56,230 nt of DNA from Candidatus Limnocylindrales bacterium (GCA_035559535.1 DATMBG010000016.1:1-56230); one strand, 5' to 3'; counted from the first letter of the stretch, positions 39,246 to 49,636 are shown. Made by a program: numbers and translations. Notes: generated by a model not told the origin, from the sequence alone.

Positions 39246-39378
39246 TTGTCCGTCATCTGTTACCCGTTGTCTGTGGGCATAGGGTTGATGGCACTTTTTT
39301 ACGGTTTAACTTTTTAAAATTGAAGAGAAAGGATTCTCCACCCGGAACAACGGACAATAGACAACGAACAATTGACCT
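39246..39378. repeat. Heptamer inverted array between tgt and yajC
   Basis: TTGTCCGTCATCTGTTACCCGTTGTCTG ... AACAACGGACAATAGACAACGAACAA. Confidence 0.6.
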
Positions 39379-39379
39379 G

Positions 39380-40474
<1,095 letters not shown>

Positions 40475-40745
40475 TTAGGTACTCAAGTTAGGGTGAGCTT
40501 TTTCAAAAGTCAAGACCTATTTTTTTTACCGAAGCATCAGGTTTATCGGAAGGAAGCTGGGAACCCAGTAAGGTCCATAAGGGGGGAAAGGAAGGAAGTG
40601 GGGACCGAGCTGACCCTCTCCCATCTATCAGCTCGATCCATCCACCTGGTTGGTCTGGAGATTAAGAAAACTCCCACTCCTTAACCTCTTCCACCAACAG
40701 GATGAGCAGCATAAGCTTTTATTATACATCCTGCCTATTTAATGA

Positions 40746-40761
40746 TGCACACTTTATGCCA
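40746..40761 (-). promoter_or_regulatory. Possible sigma54 promoter
   Basis: Minus strand TGGCATAAAGTGTGCA, with correct GG-N10-GC spacing. Confidence 0.35.
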
Positions 40762-41252
40762 TTTTATAAAATTCCAGGAAAACCGGTTGAGTTATCCTAT
40801 CATTGGAATTCCCATTTCTAAAAGAAGGACCTTTAAACCCCGTCAGATCCCTGATCAAACCGATCTGGTATCCGATTAAAAAAATTGTAAAAATGTAACT
40901 TTACTTCCGACCCGATGAGAAATTTATACCCCCGGAGGGGTCTGTTTCTACCTGATTCGACCTGAGAGCTGAAGAATTTCAAAGGATCTTTGGGGGAGTA
41001 GATCCTCCCTCTCTATTTTTTGAGAATTAAGGGATCAAATCCAAAAATAGACCGTATATATGTTCTTAATAATTAAAGGGATAGAAAAATTCTCGTTGAG
41101 TAAGGGATCGGCACGAAAAAAGTTTCTTGACGTAAAGCCCAATTTGGCTTATATACTACCACATATTTTAGCAGAATATTTTAGCAGAGTATAAAGACAT
41201 TACCTCAAGGCTTCGGATAAATCCGAACAATTCTATAAGGGAAGGGTTATTT

Positions 41253-41900
41253 ATGATAAGGAACAATCTAAAAGAGTATATATCCCGTTCTCAAAGGGAT
41301 AAAATAAAACCTATTGCAATGATAGTTGGTAGTCTTGTCATCATCGGTATATTGGCAGGTTCTATGTACTGGGCGGCCAGGTCGGATAGCAAGAAAGACC
41401 ATGTCAGTGCAAAGGTTGAGACGACGAGTCCTGTCAAAACTAATAATCCGGAGATCAAACCAGATAGTAGAGAATCAAAGGCTGAGGTTAAAACCTCTGA
41501 TGCCAATACCCAGACCCAGGCTCAAGAGATCAAAAGCTTAGAAGACGAGATTGCGCGACTCCGCAAGCAAAATGAAGAATTGTCCTTGAAGGTAAAGAAC
41601 TTAGAAAAACAGCTTCGTGACACTGCAACTGCTACCAATCGGACTACCGTTACCAAACCTGAAGCCGTCGAAGAGAAAAAACTTGAAACCGCCAAATCTT
41701 CCGAAGAGAAAAAGCTGGCAAAATCCGTAGATAAATCCCGAGGGAAGGAAAATAAAATTTCCTATACGGTAAAAAAGGGGGATACCCTGTGGAGTATCGC
41801 CGATAAATACGGGGTCAGTGTCAATGCTATCAAAGAGTGGAATAATTTACGGGATGAAAAACTTGCGATAGGGGAAGAAATTACGGTTATAAAGCCTTAA
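41253..41900 (+). CDS. Membrane-anchored coiled-coil LysM protein
   Basis: TM helix, short coiled coil, C-terminal YTVKKGDTLWSIADKYGVSV..IKEWNNL. Confidence 0.92.
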   Translation: MIRNNLKEYISRSQRDKIKPIAMIVGSLVIIGILAGSMYWAARSDSKKDHVSAKVETTSPVKTNNPEIKPDSRESKAEVKTSDANTQTQAQEIKSLEDEIARLRKQNEELSLKVKNLEKQLRDTATATNRTTVTKPEAVEEKKLETAKSSEEKKLAKSVDKSRGKENKISYTVKKGDTLWSIADKYGVSVNAIKEWNNLRDEKLAIGEEITVIKP

Positions 41901-41942
41901 AAACATCAAACGAGGGCGTTTGACCTACTAATACAGTCTTCC

Positions 41943-43331
41943 ATGCAGGTATCTATAACTCTAAAGGCTAAGCTATGTCTGCTCATCCTGGGACTCCTTA
42001 TCCTGACTATTTTGGGCGTTGGAATTTTATTCATTCTCTCGGAAAGAGATACTTTATATACCCTTATGAAGAACCAGGGGGAAGCACTGGTTACCGACCT
42101 GGCTCAAACCAGTGCCGAACCCCTCTTAAATGAAGATGACCTGATCCTCAATTCCCTGGTGAGGAATGCAAGCTCGAAAAGATCGGTTGAAGCCGCCTTT
42201 GTTGTGGATAACCAGGGTATCGTACGCGCCCATTCGGAGGCAGAGTTTATAGGAGTAAAATTTACACTTCCTGCCGGGCTTAAAGAGGCCTATGAAGCTC
42301 AGCATCAAATTATCGCCCAACCTTATACTACCCCTAAGGGGGTTCCTACGCTTTATTTTCTACGTCCTATATTTTACAACAATCTTCAGCTTGGTACGGC
42401 CCATTTGGAACTCTCCCAGGATGTTATAAATACGGCTGTCCGGGAGGCCATTCATAGAATTATAGGATTTTTAATCGGTGCAATTATTCTCGGAAGTATC
42501 GCTTCCCTGGGCCTGGCTTCCTGGATCTTAACTCCCATCTATGATCTTATAGAAGGAACCAAAGCCATAGCCGGGGGAAACTATCAATACCGATTACCGG
42601 TTAAATCCCAGGATGAGATCGGTACGCTGACCCAGGCTTTCAATTCCATGGCCCAGACCCTTCAGCATAAGGAGCGGGTAGAACGGGCGTTTGGTAAATA
42701 TGTATCCGGCCAGATTGCAGAATGGATCCTTAAAAATCCCCAGATCTATGTGGGAGGTATCCGGCAAGAAGTGACCGTTCTGTTTGCGAGTATTCGAGGA
42801 TTTACATCCCTGGCCGAAACCATTCCGCCGGAACAAGTGGTCGAATTGTTAAATCGATATCTAACGGTCATGACCCGGGTCATCTTTGATTTTAATGGAC
42901 TTCTGGATAAATTTATGGGAGATGCCATCATGGCCGTCTTTGGAGCTCCCGTGTTGAGGCAAGAAAATCACGCCGAGATGGCCGTTAGAGCAGCCCTTAA
43001 AATCCAGGAAGAAATTCAAAAGTTAGGTGATCAGCTTCAACGGGAAGGAAAAAAATATGTTGGCGTTGGAATCGGGATCAATTCCGGAGAAGTCGTCTCG
43101 GGTAACATGGGATCCCTGGAGCGATTAGAATATACAGTCCTGGGGGATAATGTTCATATTGCTTCCCGACTTGAGTCTGTCGCCGGTAGCGGCCAAATTC
43201 TTATTACCGAGGCCGTCTATCAAAAAGTTAAAAACCTGATCGATGTGGATCCATTACCCCCCATGCCCATCAAAGGACGAACGAAACCACTCCTCAGTTA
43301 TGAGGTAAAAAAACTGAAAAACAACACATAA
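41943..43331 (+). CDS. Membrane HAMP plus class III adenylate/guanylate cyclase domain protein (degenerate active site)
   Basis: Two TMs around a periplasmic sensor, HAMP (DEIGTLTQAFN), DKFMGDAIMA, GIGINSG, YTVLGD, IKGR. Confidence 0.93.
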   Translation: MQVSITLKAKLCLLILGLLILTILGVGILFILSERDTLYTLMKNQGEALVTDLAQTSAEPLLNEDDLILNSLVRNASSKRSVEAAFVVDNQGIVRAHSEAEFIGVKFTLPAGLKEAYEAQHQIIAQPYTTPKGVPTLYFLRPIFYNNLQLGTAHLELSQDVINTAVREAIHRIIGFLIGAIILGSIASLGLASWILTPIYDLIEGTKAIAGGNYQYRLPVKSQDEIGTLTQAFNSMAQTLQHKERVERAFGKYVSGQIAEWILKNPQIYVGGIRQEVTVLFASIRGFTSLAETIPPEQVVELLNRYLTVMTRVIFDFNGLLDKFMGDAIMAVFGAPVLRQENHAEMAVRAALKIQEEIQKLGDQLQREGKKYVGVGIGINSGEVVSGNMGSLERLEYTVLGDNVHIASRLESVAGSGQILITEAVYQKVKNLIDVDPLPPMPIKGRTKPLLSYEVKKLKNNT

Positions 43332-43632
43332 CAGACGGCAATCCTATCCCAGCAGGTAGTAAAAAGAAACCACCCGGTAAGATCGGTCTCAGATTGAACT
43401 ATTTTCCTTAAAGCCGTAGCCCTCTCCGGCTCACCCTGGATGGGGAAGTACAATTTTGGCCACCGGCTCTCCAGGGAATTCGTAACTCAACAGATAAGGC
43501 GTCATTCCTGGCGAAGCCAGCTCCCGTTGATGGATGGCTTCACCACGGAGTTTATTTTGAGCCCTTCGATAAACTCAAGACAAACTTTACCGAAGGATTC
43601 TTTGCCATAACAGACTACTTTATAAGTCCAGA

Positions 43633-43884
43633 TTACGTCCGATTTTTTTCTACAAATTTGGCTAAAGAATTGATGCTGGCAAATGCCTTCATACCGGTTT
43701 CCATATCGGTAATGGAAACCCCAAATTCAGTCTCCAGAGCAACCACAACTTCCAAAGCTGCCATAGAATCGACCCCAAGCTTTGTCAGGGGAGTATCATC
43801 CCCAATTTCATGGGGGGTTAGATTAAGACCGGTCGCCTGAATCAGAATCTCTTTAAGTCTTTTTTTCAAAGCTGCGTCGGCCAC
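43633..43884 (-). CDS. Acyl carrier protein-like (phosphopantetheine-binding)
   Basis: LGVDSM phosphopantetheine motif, LETEFGVSI; start could be GTG 43884 or ATG 43926. Confidence 0.85.
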   Translation of the reverse strand: MADAALKKRLKEILIQATGLNLTPHEIGDDTPLTKLGVDSMAALEVVVALETEFGVSITDMETGMKAFASINSLAKFVEKNRT

Positions 43885-43958
43885 ACTCCGTCGGGTAGGG
43901 AACAACACGTAGCAAATAGTACTCATCCATTCTTCGCCACATGCCGTCTACGCTGTTT

Positions 43959-44399
43959 TTACGTTTGTCCTTCCTGTAAGGGACTGACTGCGATAAACCG
44001 ATAAACCTCTCCGGGTCCTACATCAAACGCAAATGAGAAGGCCCCATTGGCATCGGGAGGAGGCAAGAAATCTATATACTCCCGGGGTCCATGACCTTCC
44101 CTGAAAATCCAGAGCTCCGCACGGGGGGAATCATTCCAGATGACTCCATGGACAGAAGGACCACTTCGATAGCCACACGAACAGACAATCATGTCAAAAT
44201 CCGGTATCGTTACCCCTTGATTTAACTCCAGCTCCTCAGACCCCGTGGGAGGCGCATCGATATCTTTCCAGTACTCAACCACCAAAATATCGCTTCGACC
44301 GGAGTCCCGATTTTCAATATAAGCCTCGGAACCGTAGAACCCTTTTGTAACCCTGCGAACATTCCCCTCAGTGGACTTCCTATCCTTCTTAACGGACAT
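43959..44399 (-). CDS. Hypothetical protein
   Basis: 146-aa ORF with SD AAGGAG, no family recognised. Confidence 0.8.
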   Translation of the reverse strand: MSVKKDRKSTEGNVRRVTKGFYGSEAYIENRDSGRSDILVVEYWKDIDAPPTGSEELELNQGVTIPDFDMIVCSCGYRSGPSVHGVIWNDSPRAELWIFREGHGPREYIDFLPPPDANGAFSFAFDVGPGEVYRFIAVSPLQEGQT

Positions 44400-44608
44400 A
44401 ATTCTCTCCTTATTCCACCATACCGAAATAACGTTTATTAAAAAACAACGATTAAAATAAAACCTTTCGGTGTGTCTCTAAGCTATCTTCAACTTCCAAG
44501 TAAAGTGGCATAAAGAGAGGGATTTGTCAAGAAAAAGCTATCGAAAAAACAAAATTTGAGCAATAAAGGACCTTGTTTTTATCCCCTTTTCTCCTTTATT
44601 ATTAATTC

Positions 44609-45082
44609 ATGAATCCCTTAACCCATTTTGATGATCAAGGTCAGGCCCACATGGTAGATGTGAGCGATAAGGCTTCCACCCGGCGAGAAGCTGTAGCCCA
44701 GGGGGTAGTTTACATGAAGCCGGAAACCTTCCGGATGATTGTGAATCAGAAAATTGCCAAGGGTGACGTATTCGGCGTGGCCCGGATAGCCGGGATTATG
44801 GCAGCTAAAAAAACCAGTGAACTGATTCCTCTCTGCCATCCACTGGCCATTACAGGAATCGATATCTTTTTTAATCCCGTAGAGGCAGAGAGTAAAATTG
44901 AAATCCGGGCCGAAGTCCGTATCACAGATAAAACAGGGGTCGAAATGGAAGCCCTTACCGCGGTCTCCATTGCAGCTTTAACTATTTACGATATGTGTAA
45001 AGCCGTAGACCGCGGAATGAGAATCTCCGATATTCACCTCGTCAAAAAAACCGGGGGTAAAAGCGGAACGTTTATCGCATAA
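44609..45082 (+). CDS. moaC: Cyclic pyranopterin monophosphate synthase
   Basis: [43 protein letters not shown]. Confidence 0.99.
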   Translation: MNPLTHFDDQGQAHMVDVSDKASTRREAVAQGVVYMKPETFRMIVNQKIAKGDVFGVARIAGIMAAKKTSELIPLCHPLAITGIDIFFNPVEAESKIEIRAEVRITDKTGVEMEALTAVSIAALTIYDMCKAVDRGMRISDIHLVKKTGGKSGTFIA

Positions 45083-45100
45083 ATTCAAGGTTAAGGAGGC

Positions 45101-45186
45101 GTGTGGGAGTGGGGGGGGGGTATGGAAGTATGGGAGTGGGGGGTATGGAAGTTCTAACTTCCACACTCCCATACCCCCATACTTCT
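45101..45186. repeat. Octamer inverted array between convergent genes
   Basis: GTATGGAAGTATGGGAG..GAAGTTCTAACTTC..CCCATACCCCCATACTTC. Confidence 0.8.
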
Positions 45187-45187
45187 A

Positions 45188-46519
45188 TTATCTCTGCTCT
45201 CCCGGCGCAGGTTGTGGGGGTTGACCGGGGGGTCCTGATGGCGGAGCCTGGCCGGTCGAAGGAGGTGATTGTTCAGCAGGCTGCCCGGGACTTGCAGGCT
45301 TCCCTGCAGGGGGTTGTACGGGAGATTGAGCTGGAGGAGTCGGAGCACCCGAAGTGGGAGCTTGAGGTGCAGGAGCCGAAGGTTGGGAAGACGGTTGGGT
45401 AGGCGTTTGGACACCGGAAGCCGGAGCTTGGGGTGCAGGAGCCGGAGGCTGGACAGACGGGGCTTTTCTCTGTGATTTTCCCGCTACAGCTTTTACTTTA
45501 GACCTCCGAAGGCTTTTCTTTTTCTTTTTGTAAGCGGGCTTCGAGATTTCTTCCTTTGCTTTCTCCGGTTTGGAAAAGCTTGCCAATCTCACCTCTTCTT
45601 GCCTCTTCAGGGCCGTCTGTAAATCATCGTAATATTCCTTCAAAGATCTCAACTGAAAGGCTTTTTGAAATGCTTCCACCGCCTGATCGTACTTTCCTTC
45701 CCGGTACAAATCCTTTCCATAAAGATGATAAGCTTTAGCTAAAAGCGTAGTCACCTCTCCATCTGAAGGATTCAGTTGAATTACCCTGTTAAACTCTGAA
45801 ATCGCCTTACCAGGGTCTTTTCGTTCAAGATAGAGGTTACCCAACAGTGTATGGGTGGCTGCATCGTTGGGATTTAATTCTACCAGTTTTAATAGGCTTG
45901 CTTCGGCTTGATCATAAGACTTATCGGTCAGATAGGTTTGAGCTAAAGAGATATAACCGTCTCTAAAATTGGGATCCAGGGCAAGAGCCTGATTAATCTC
46001 CTGGATAGCTTCGGGTTTCTTACCCTGGACTAAATAAATTTTGCCAAGGAGGAGATGGGCCTGGGGATAATTTGGATTTAATTGGAGCGCCTGGTTGCTT
46101 TCCATTGTAGCGGCATTGAAAAAAAAGGTTTTCTCGGTCTCTAGAGTGGTCTCCGGATAATTCTTGAGATTCGTCCGCTGATAAGCTATCAAAGCCTCCC
46201 CTTTTTGATAATATTTATCTGCCAATTGATAATGGGCCTCTGCAGAATTCGGATTCTTTGCTACATTTTCCTGGGCCTTCATAATTTGACCATCTAAACC
46301 ATTCCAGCCGGTATTGAGATGATTCAATTTCAGTTCTCGTAATTCTGGATTATCAATTTTACGATACTCCTGGGCAGCCTGATAATAGAGGTGTTGCCTT
46401 TCATACTTTTCCCCTTCTTCCAGAGGACCCCCCCAGGCTGTTGTCAAGCTTATCAGGCTGACCAGAAAAGGACCCGACCCGTAAAACTTCAAAGCTTTTA
46501 TTAAGATTTTTGATCTCAC
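45188..46519 (-). CDS. Exported TPR protein with Lys-rich patch and Pro/Gln-rich tail
   Basis: SD AGGAGG, signal-like N-terminus, multiple TPR motifs (LNPN..AH..LG). Confidence 0.9.
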   Translation of the reverse strand: MRSKILIKALKFYGSGPFLVSLISLTTAWGGPLEEGEKYERQHLYYQAAQEYRKIDNPELRELKLNHLNTGWNGLDGQIMKAQENVAKNPNSAEAHYQLADKYYQKGEALIAYQRTNLKNYPETTLETEKTFFFNAATMESNQALQLNPNYPQAHLLLGKIYLVQGKKPEAIQEINQALALDPNFRDGYISLAQTYLTDKSYDQAEASLLKLVELNPNDAATHTLLGNLYLERKDPGKAISEFNRVIQLNPSDGEVTTLLAKAYHLYGKDLYREGKYDQAVEAFQKAFQLRSLKEYYDDLQTALKRQEEVRLASFSKPEKAKEEISKPAYKKKKKSLRRSKVKAVAGKSQRKAPSVQPPAPAPQAPASGVQTPTQPSSQPSAPAPQAPTSGAPTPPAQSPVQPPAGKPASPGQPAEQSPPSTGQAPPSGPPGQPPQPAPGEQR

Positions 46520-46700
46520 CGTTATCCTCCTTTTAAGTAAGCTAGCTGTTTAGCCAAGGTAAAACCGCCCAGTCCATCTTTTTGTGATAGATATCTTGAC
46601 AAAACTTGAGGTAACAGTCAATATTTATCTTGTACTTTATTTTAAATAATTTGGAATCTCCATTACGTTAAATAAAACCCTTGAAACATGGGAGAGTAAA

Positions 46701-47537
46701 ATGATCACAGTTCGTATAGCTAAAAGTGCAGGATTTTGCTTTGGAGTTCGGGACGCCATCCAGATTGCTCTGGATACAGCCCAAAGTAAACAAGGGCCTG
46801 TCCACATGCTGGGACATATTGTGCATAACGAACACGTGGTTAAGTCTATCCATGAAGCCGGAGTAAAAGTGGTAAATCAGGTCCAGGATATCGACTCGGG
46901 GATTCTTTTAATTCGGGCCCATGGAGCGGTCCCCAGTATTTATGAAGAAGCTAAAAAGCGAGGACTTCAGGTGGTCGATGCAACCTGTCCCCTTGTTTTA
47001 GAAATCCATGAATATGCCCGAGAGCTTGAAAAAGAAGGCTACCGGGTGGTAATTATCGGAGATCACGGGCATGATGAGGTGATAGGAATTTCCGGTCAGG
47101 TTAAAGACGCCATCGTTATCGCCAAACCGGAGGAAGCAGATAAAGTCGGTCGAATGAAAAAAATAGGGGTCGTCGTCCAATCCACCCAAAACATTGAAAA
47201 CGTCCAGAAGATTGTAGCCAAGTTGGTAGGTAAATGCCAGGAATTAAAGTTTATTAATACCATCTGTGGGCCTACAACCGCTCACCAGAATGAGATTCGG
47301 ACCATGCCCCTGGAAAACGATGTGATGATCATTGTAGGTTCTTTTACCAGCGCCAATACCAAGCGACTCACGGCTATCTCCCAATCCCTCAACCCTCGAA
47401 CCTACCAGGTAGAGTCTGCTGCCGACCTGAATCCAGCCTGGTTCCATGGAGCCCAAACGGTTGGTGTCTCTGCAGGAGCCTCCACGCCGGATTCGATTAT
47501 TAACGAGGTCGTGGAAAAGATTAAATCGTTGGGTTGA
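46701..47537 (+). CDS. ispH: 4-hydroxy-3-methylbut-2-enyl diphosphate reductase
   Basis: AGFCFGV, IVHN, RAHG, DATCPLV, HDEV, NTIC, SANT, AGASTP. Confidence 0.98.
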   Translation: MITVRIAKSAGFCFGVRDAIQIALDTAQSKQGPVHMLGHIVHNEHVVKSIHEAGVKVVNQVQDIDSGILLIRAHGAVPSIYEEAKKRGLQVVDATCPLVLEIHEYARELEKEGYRVVIIGDHGHDEVIGISGQVKDAIVIAKPEEADKVGRMKKIGVVVQSTQNIENVQKIVAKLVGKCQELKFINTICGPTTAHQNEIRTMPLENDVMIIVGSFTSANTKRLTAISQSLNPRTYQVESAADLNPAWFHGAQTVGVSAGASTPDSIINEVVEKIKSLG

Positions 47538-47589
47538 TGATCCCAGGATAATGATCTGTTACCCACCTGCAAACCATGAACGATGAACC

Positions 47590-48894
47590 ATGGGAGTGGG
47601 AATTGAATTCCTGTTTTTTCTCTTCGGAGGGCTGGTTATCCTTGAAAACCTCTATACCTTATGGGGGGGACTGAGATATCATCATCGTATCCGACGTTTC
47701 CTAACCAAAGATTCACCTCCAACTTTCCAGTCTTGTAAGGCGGTTGTCATCATCCCCTGTAAAGGTCTTGACCCCGGTTTTAAAGAGAATGTTCAGGCTT
47801 TCTTCCAGCAAGATTATCCTGTCTATCATATTTTATTTGTGACGGCCACTCCAGAGGATCCGGCCTTTCCCGTACTTCACCAGATCATTCGAGAAAATCC
47901 CCGGATCCCTGCAAAGGTCTTGATCGCCGGATGGGGATCCCGGTGCAGTCAGAAGATCCATAATTTGAGAATTGCCATTCAGAACACAGACCCTGAAGAT
48001 GAGATCTATGTATTTGCAGATTCTGATATTCGTCCTCATCCTCAATGGCTTAGAAACCTGATCAACCCCTTGTTAGAAGAATGGGAGGGTACGCCCTTAG
48101 AAGACCAGGAAAACCTGGGTCAAATCCCCCCTTTTTCCCGTCTTTCCCTCCTCCCACCCTTCCATAAACCTATAGGTGCAACCACGGGATACCGCTGGTA
48201 TCTCCCGGACCGGAGAAATCTCGGATCCCTTCTCCGGGTTATCTGGAATGGAAATGTTTTACCCATTTTAGAAGATCCTAAGCTTAACTTTGCCTGGGGA
48301 GGATCTACGGCCATCCCAAGAAAATTATTTGAAAAAACCGGGGTCCTCCAATCCTGGGAAGGGGCATTAAGCGATGATTATGCTCTGACCTGGGCCTTAA
48401 AAAAAAGAGGTTATCGGATCTTATTCGTTCCTCAAGGCCTGACACTCTCCCATGAAAACTGTAGTTTGAGGGAATTTCTGGAATGGAGCACCCGACAGAT
48501 GGTCATTACCCGGGTCTATCATCCTCTCCTCTGGAAATTGGGAGCTTTTTCTTTTACTGTTTACAATGGAACGCTGGGTCTTGGTCTGGCTTTAATTTTA
48601 AACAGCCGAAACCCGAACATCTGGGTTTGGGGCATCCTGGGAAGTCTGGGAATTTTTCCTCTCCTTAAAAGCTACCTCCGTTTAAAGACCGTTCTTGAGA
48701 TTTTACCGACAGATCAAAAGCAGCTTAAAAAATACCGATGGAGTTATATTCTCTTATCTCCCCTGGTAGCCATCCTGAATTTTTACATTTGCCTCCACTC
48801 TGCGCTTACCCGACGCATTACCTGGCGAGGAATCACCTATGAAATGAAGTCTCCAACAGAAACCATCTTCCTGGGAAAGAATAAAAAAATTTAA
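47590..48894 (+). CDS. GT2/GT21 ceramide-glucosyltransferase-like (HpnI-like) membrane glycosyltransferase
   Basis: IIPCKGLD, SQKIHNL, FADSD, WGGS, SDD, RQ, ITWRGITY. Confidence 0.88.
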   Translation: MGVGIEFLFFLFGGLVILENLYTLWGGLRYHHRIRRFLTKDSPPTFQSCKAVVIIPCKGLDPGFKENVQAFFQQDYPVYHILFVTATPEDPAFPVLHQIIRENPRIPAKVLIAGWGSRCSQKIHNLRIAIQNTDPEDEIYVFADSDIRPHPQWLRNLINPLLEEWEGTPLEDQENLGQIPPFSRLSLLPPFHKPIGATTGYRWYLPDRRNLGSLLRVIWNGNVLPILEDPKLNFAWGGSTAIPRKLFEKTGVLQSWEGALSDDYALTWALKKRGYRILFVPQGLTLSHENCSLREFLEWSTRQMVITRVYHPLLWKLGAFSFTVYNGTLGLGLALILNSRNPNIWVWGILGSLGIFPLLKSYLRLKTVLEILPTDQKQLKKYRWSYILLSPLVAILNFYICLHSALTRRITWRGITYEMKSPTETIFLGKNKKI

Positions 48895-48918
48895 AAGATG
48901 AAAGCCTTGGCAGAATCC

Positions 48919-48947
48919 TTGACAAGGACGAAGGACTACTTTACTAT
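48919..48947 (+). promoter_or_regulatory. Putative sigma70 promoter
   Basis: TTGACA-N17-TACTAT, ending 7 nt before ATG 48954. Confidence 0.6.
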
Positions 48948-48953
48948 TTATAC

Positions 48954-49433
48954 ATGGGTTTTTTTAATCAATCAGATTTTAAATTTTATCTTCGACGATT
49001 GGAAGAGCTGCTGGATCTTTATCTGGTAAAAAAAGCTCCTTCGCTGCCTGCCGATTGGAAAGAGCTTTTTGTTAATTTTGCTCCCTGGCTCGCCATTCTT
49101 ATCATTATCTTTTCGTTACCTGTTCTGTTAATTACCTTTGGACTCGGTGCATTGATTTTACCTTTTAGTTTTTTAGGGGGAGCCAGCCGAGGCTTTCACT
49201 ATGGATTTGATTACTTTTCAACCCTGATTTTTGTGGGAAGCTCCCTGGTTTTAAATATTATGGCCCTTCCCGGGCTTTTCAAGCGAACACGAAGATCCTG
49301 GTATTTGGTTTATTATACAGCCCTTTTAAGTGGAATTTATAACATTTTAACCCTTAGTTTGATGGGTTTTATCCTGGGATCCGGGATTATTTTATATATT
49401 CTCTTTCAGATTAAAGAATATTATACAAATTAG
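48954..49433 (+). CDS. Hypothetical integral membrane protein
   Basis: 159 aa, about 4 hydrophobic helices. Confidence 0.85.
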   Translation: MGFFNQSDFKFYLRRLEELLDLYLVKKAPSLPADWKELFVNFAPWLAILIIIFSLPVLLITFGLGALILPFSFLGGASRGFHYGFDYFSTLIFVGSSLVLNIMALPGLFKRTRRSWYLVYYTALLSGIYNILTLSLMGFILGSGIILYILFQIKEYYTN

Positions 49434-49494
49434 TACCTTGTTCGGGGGTGAGGGCCACTTAAAAGTCAAGCAAAACTAAGTAAACAAGGTACTA
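49431..49494. mobile_element. 64-bp MITE-like remnant
   Basis: Ends TAGTACCTTGTT / AACAAGGTACTA are perfect inverted repeats; body matches 1869-1911. Confidence 0.7.
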
Positions 49495-49552
49495 CTAAAG
49501 TAAAAAGACATCGCGCTTTTGCAGGTTTTTATTAGTTATTGATTCTGTTTAT

Positions 49553-49636
49553 CCACGAAGAGGGAAGTATGGAAGTATGGAGGTACAGAAGTTAGAACTT
49601 CCACACTCCCATACTTCCATACTTCCCTCTTCGTGG
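49553..49636. repeat. Octamer-family hairpin with 28-bp perfect arms upstream of tsaD
   Basis: CCACGAAGAGGGAAGTATGGAAGTATGG ... CCATACTTCCATACTTCCCTCTTCGTGG. Confidence 0.9.

Noticed and set aside
43335-43610. Riboswitch or ncRNA between the cyclase and ACP genes
   Set aside because: It lies between convergent 3' ends and shows only degenerate REP-like pieces; no recognisable RNA motif
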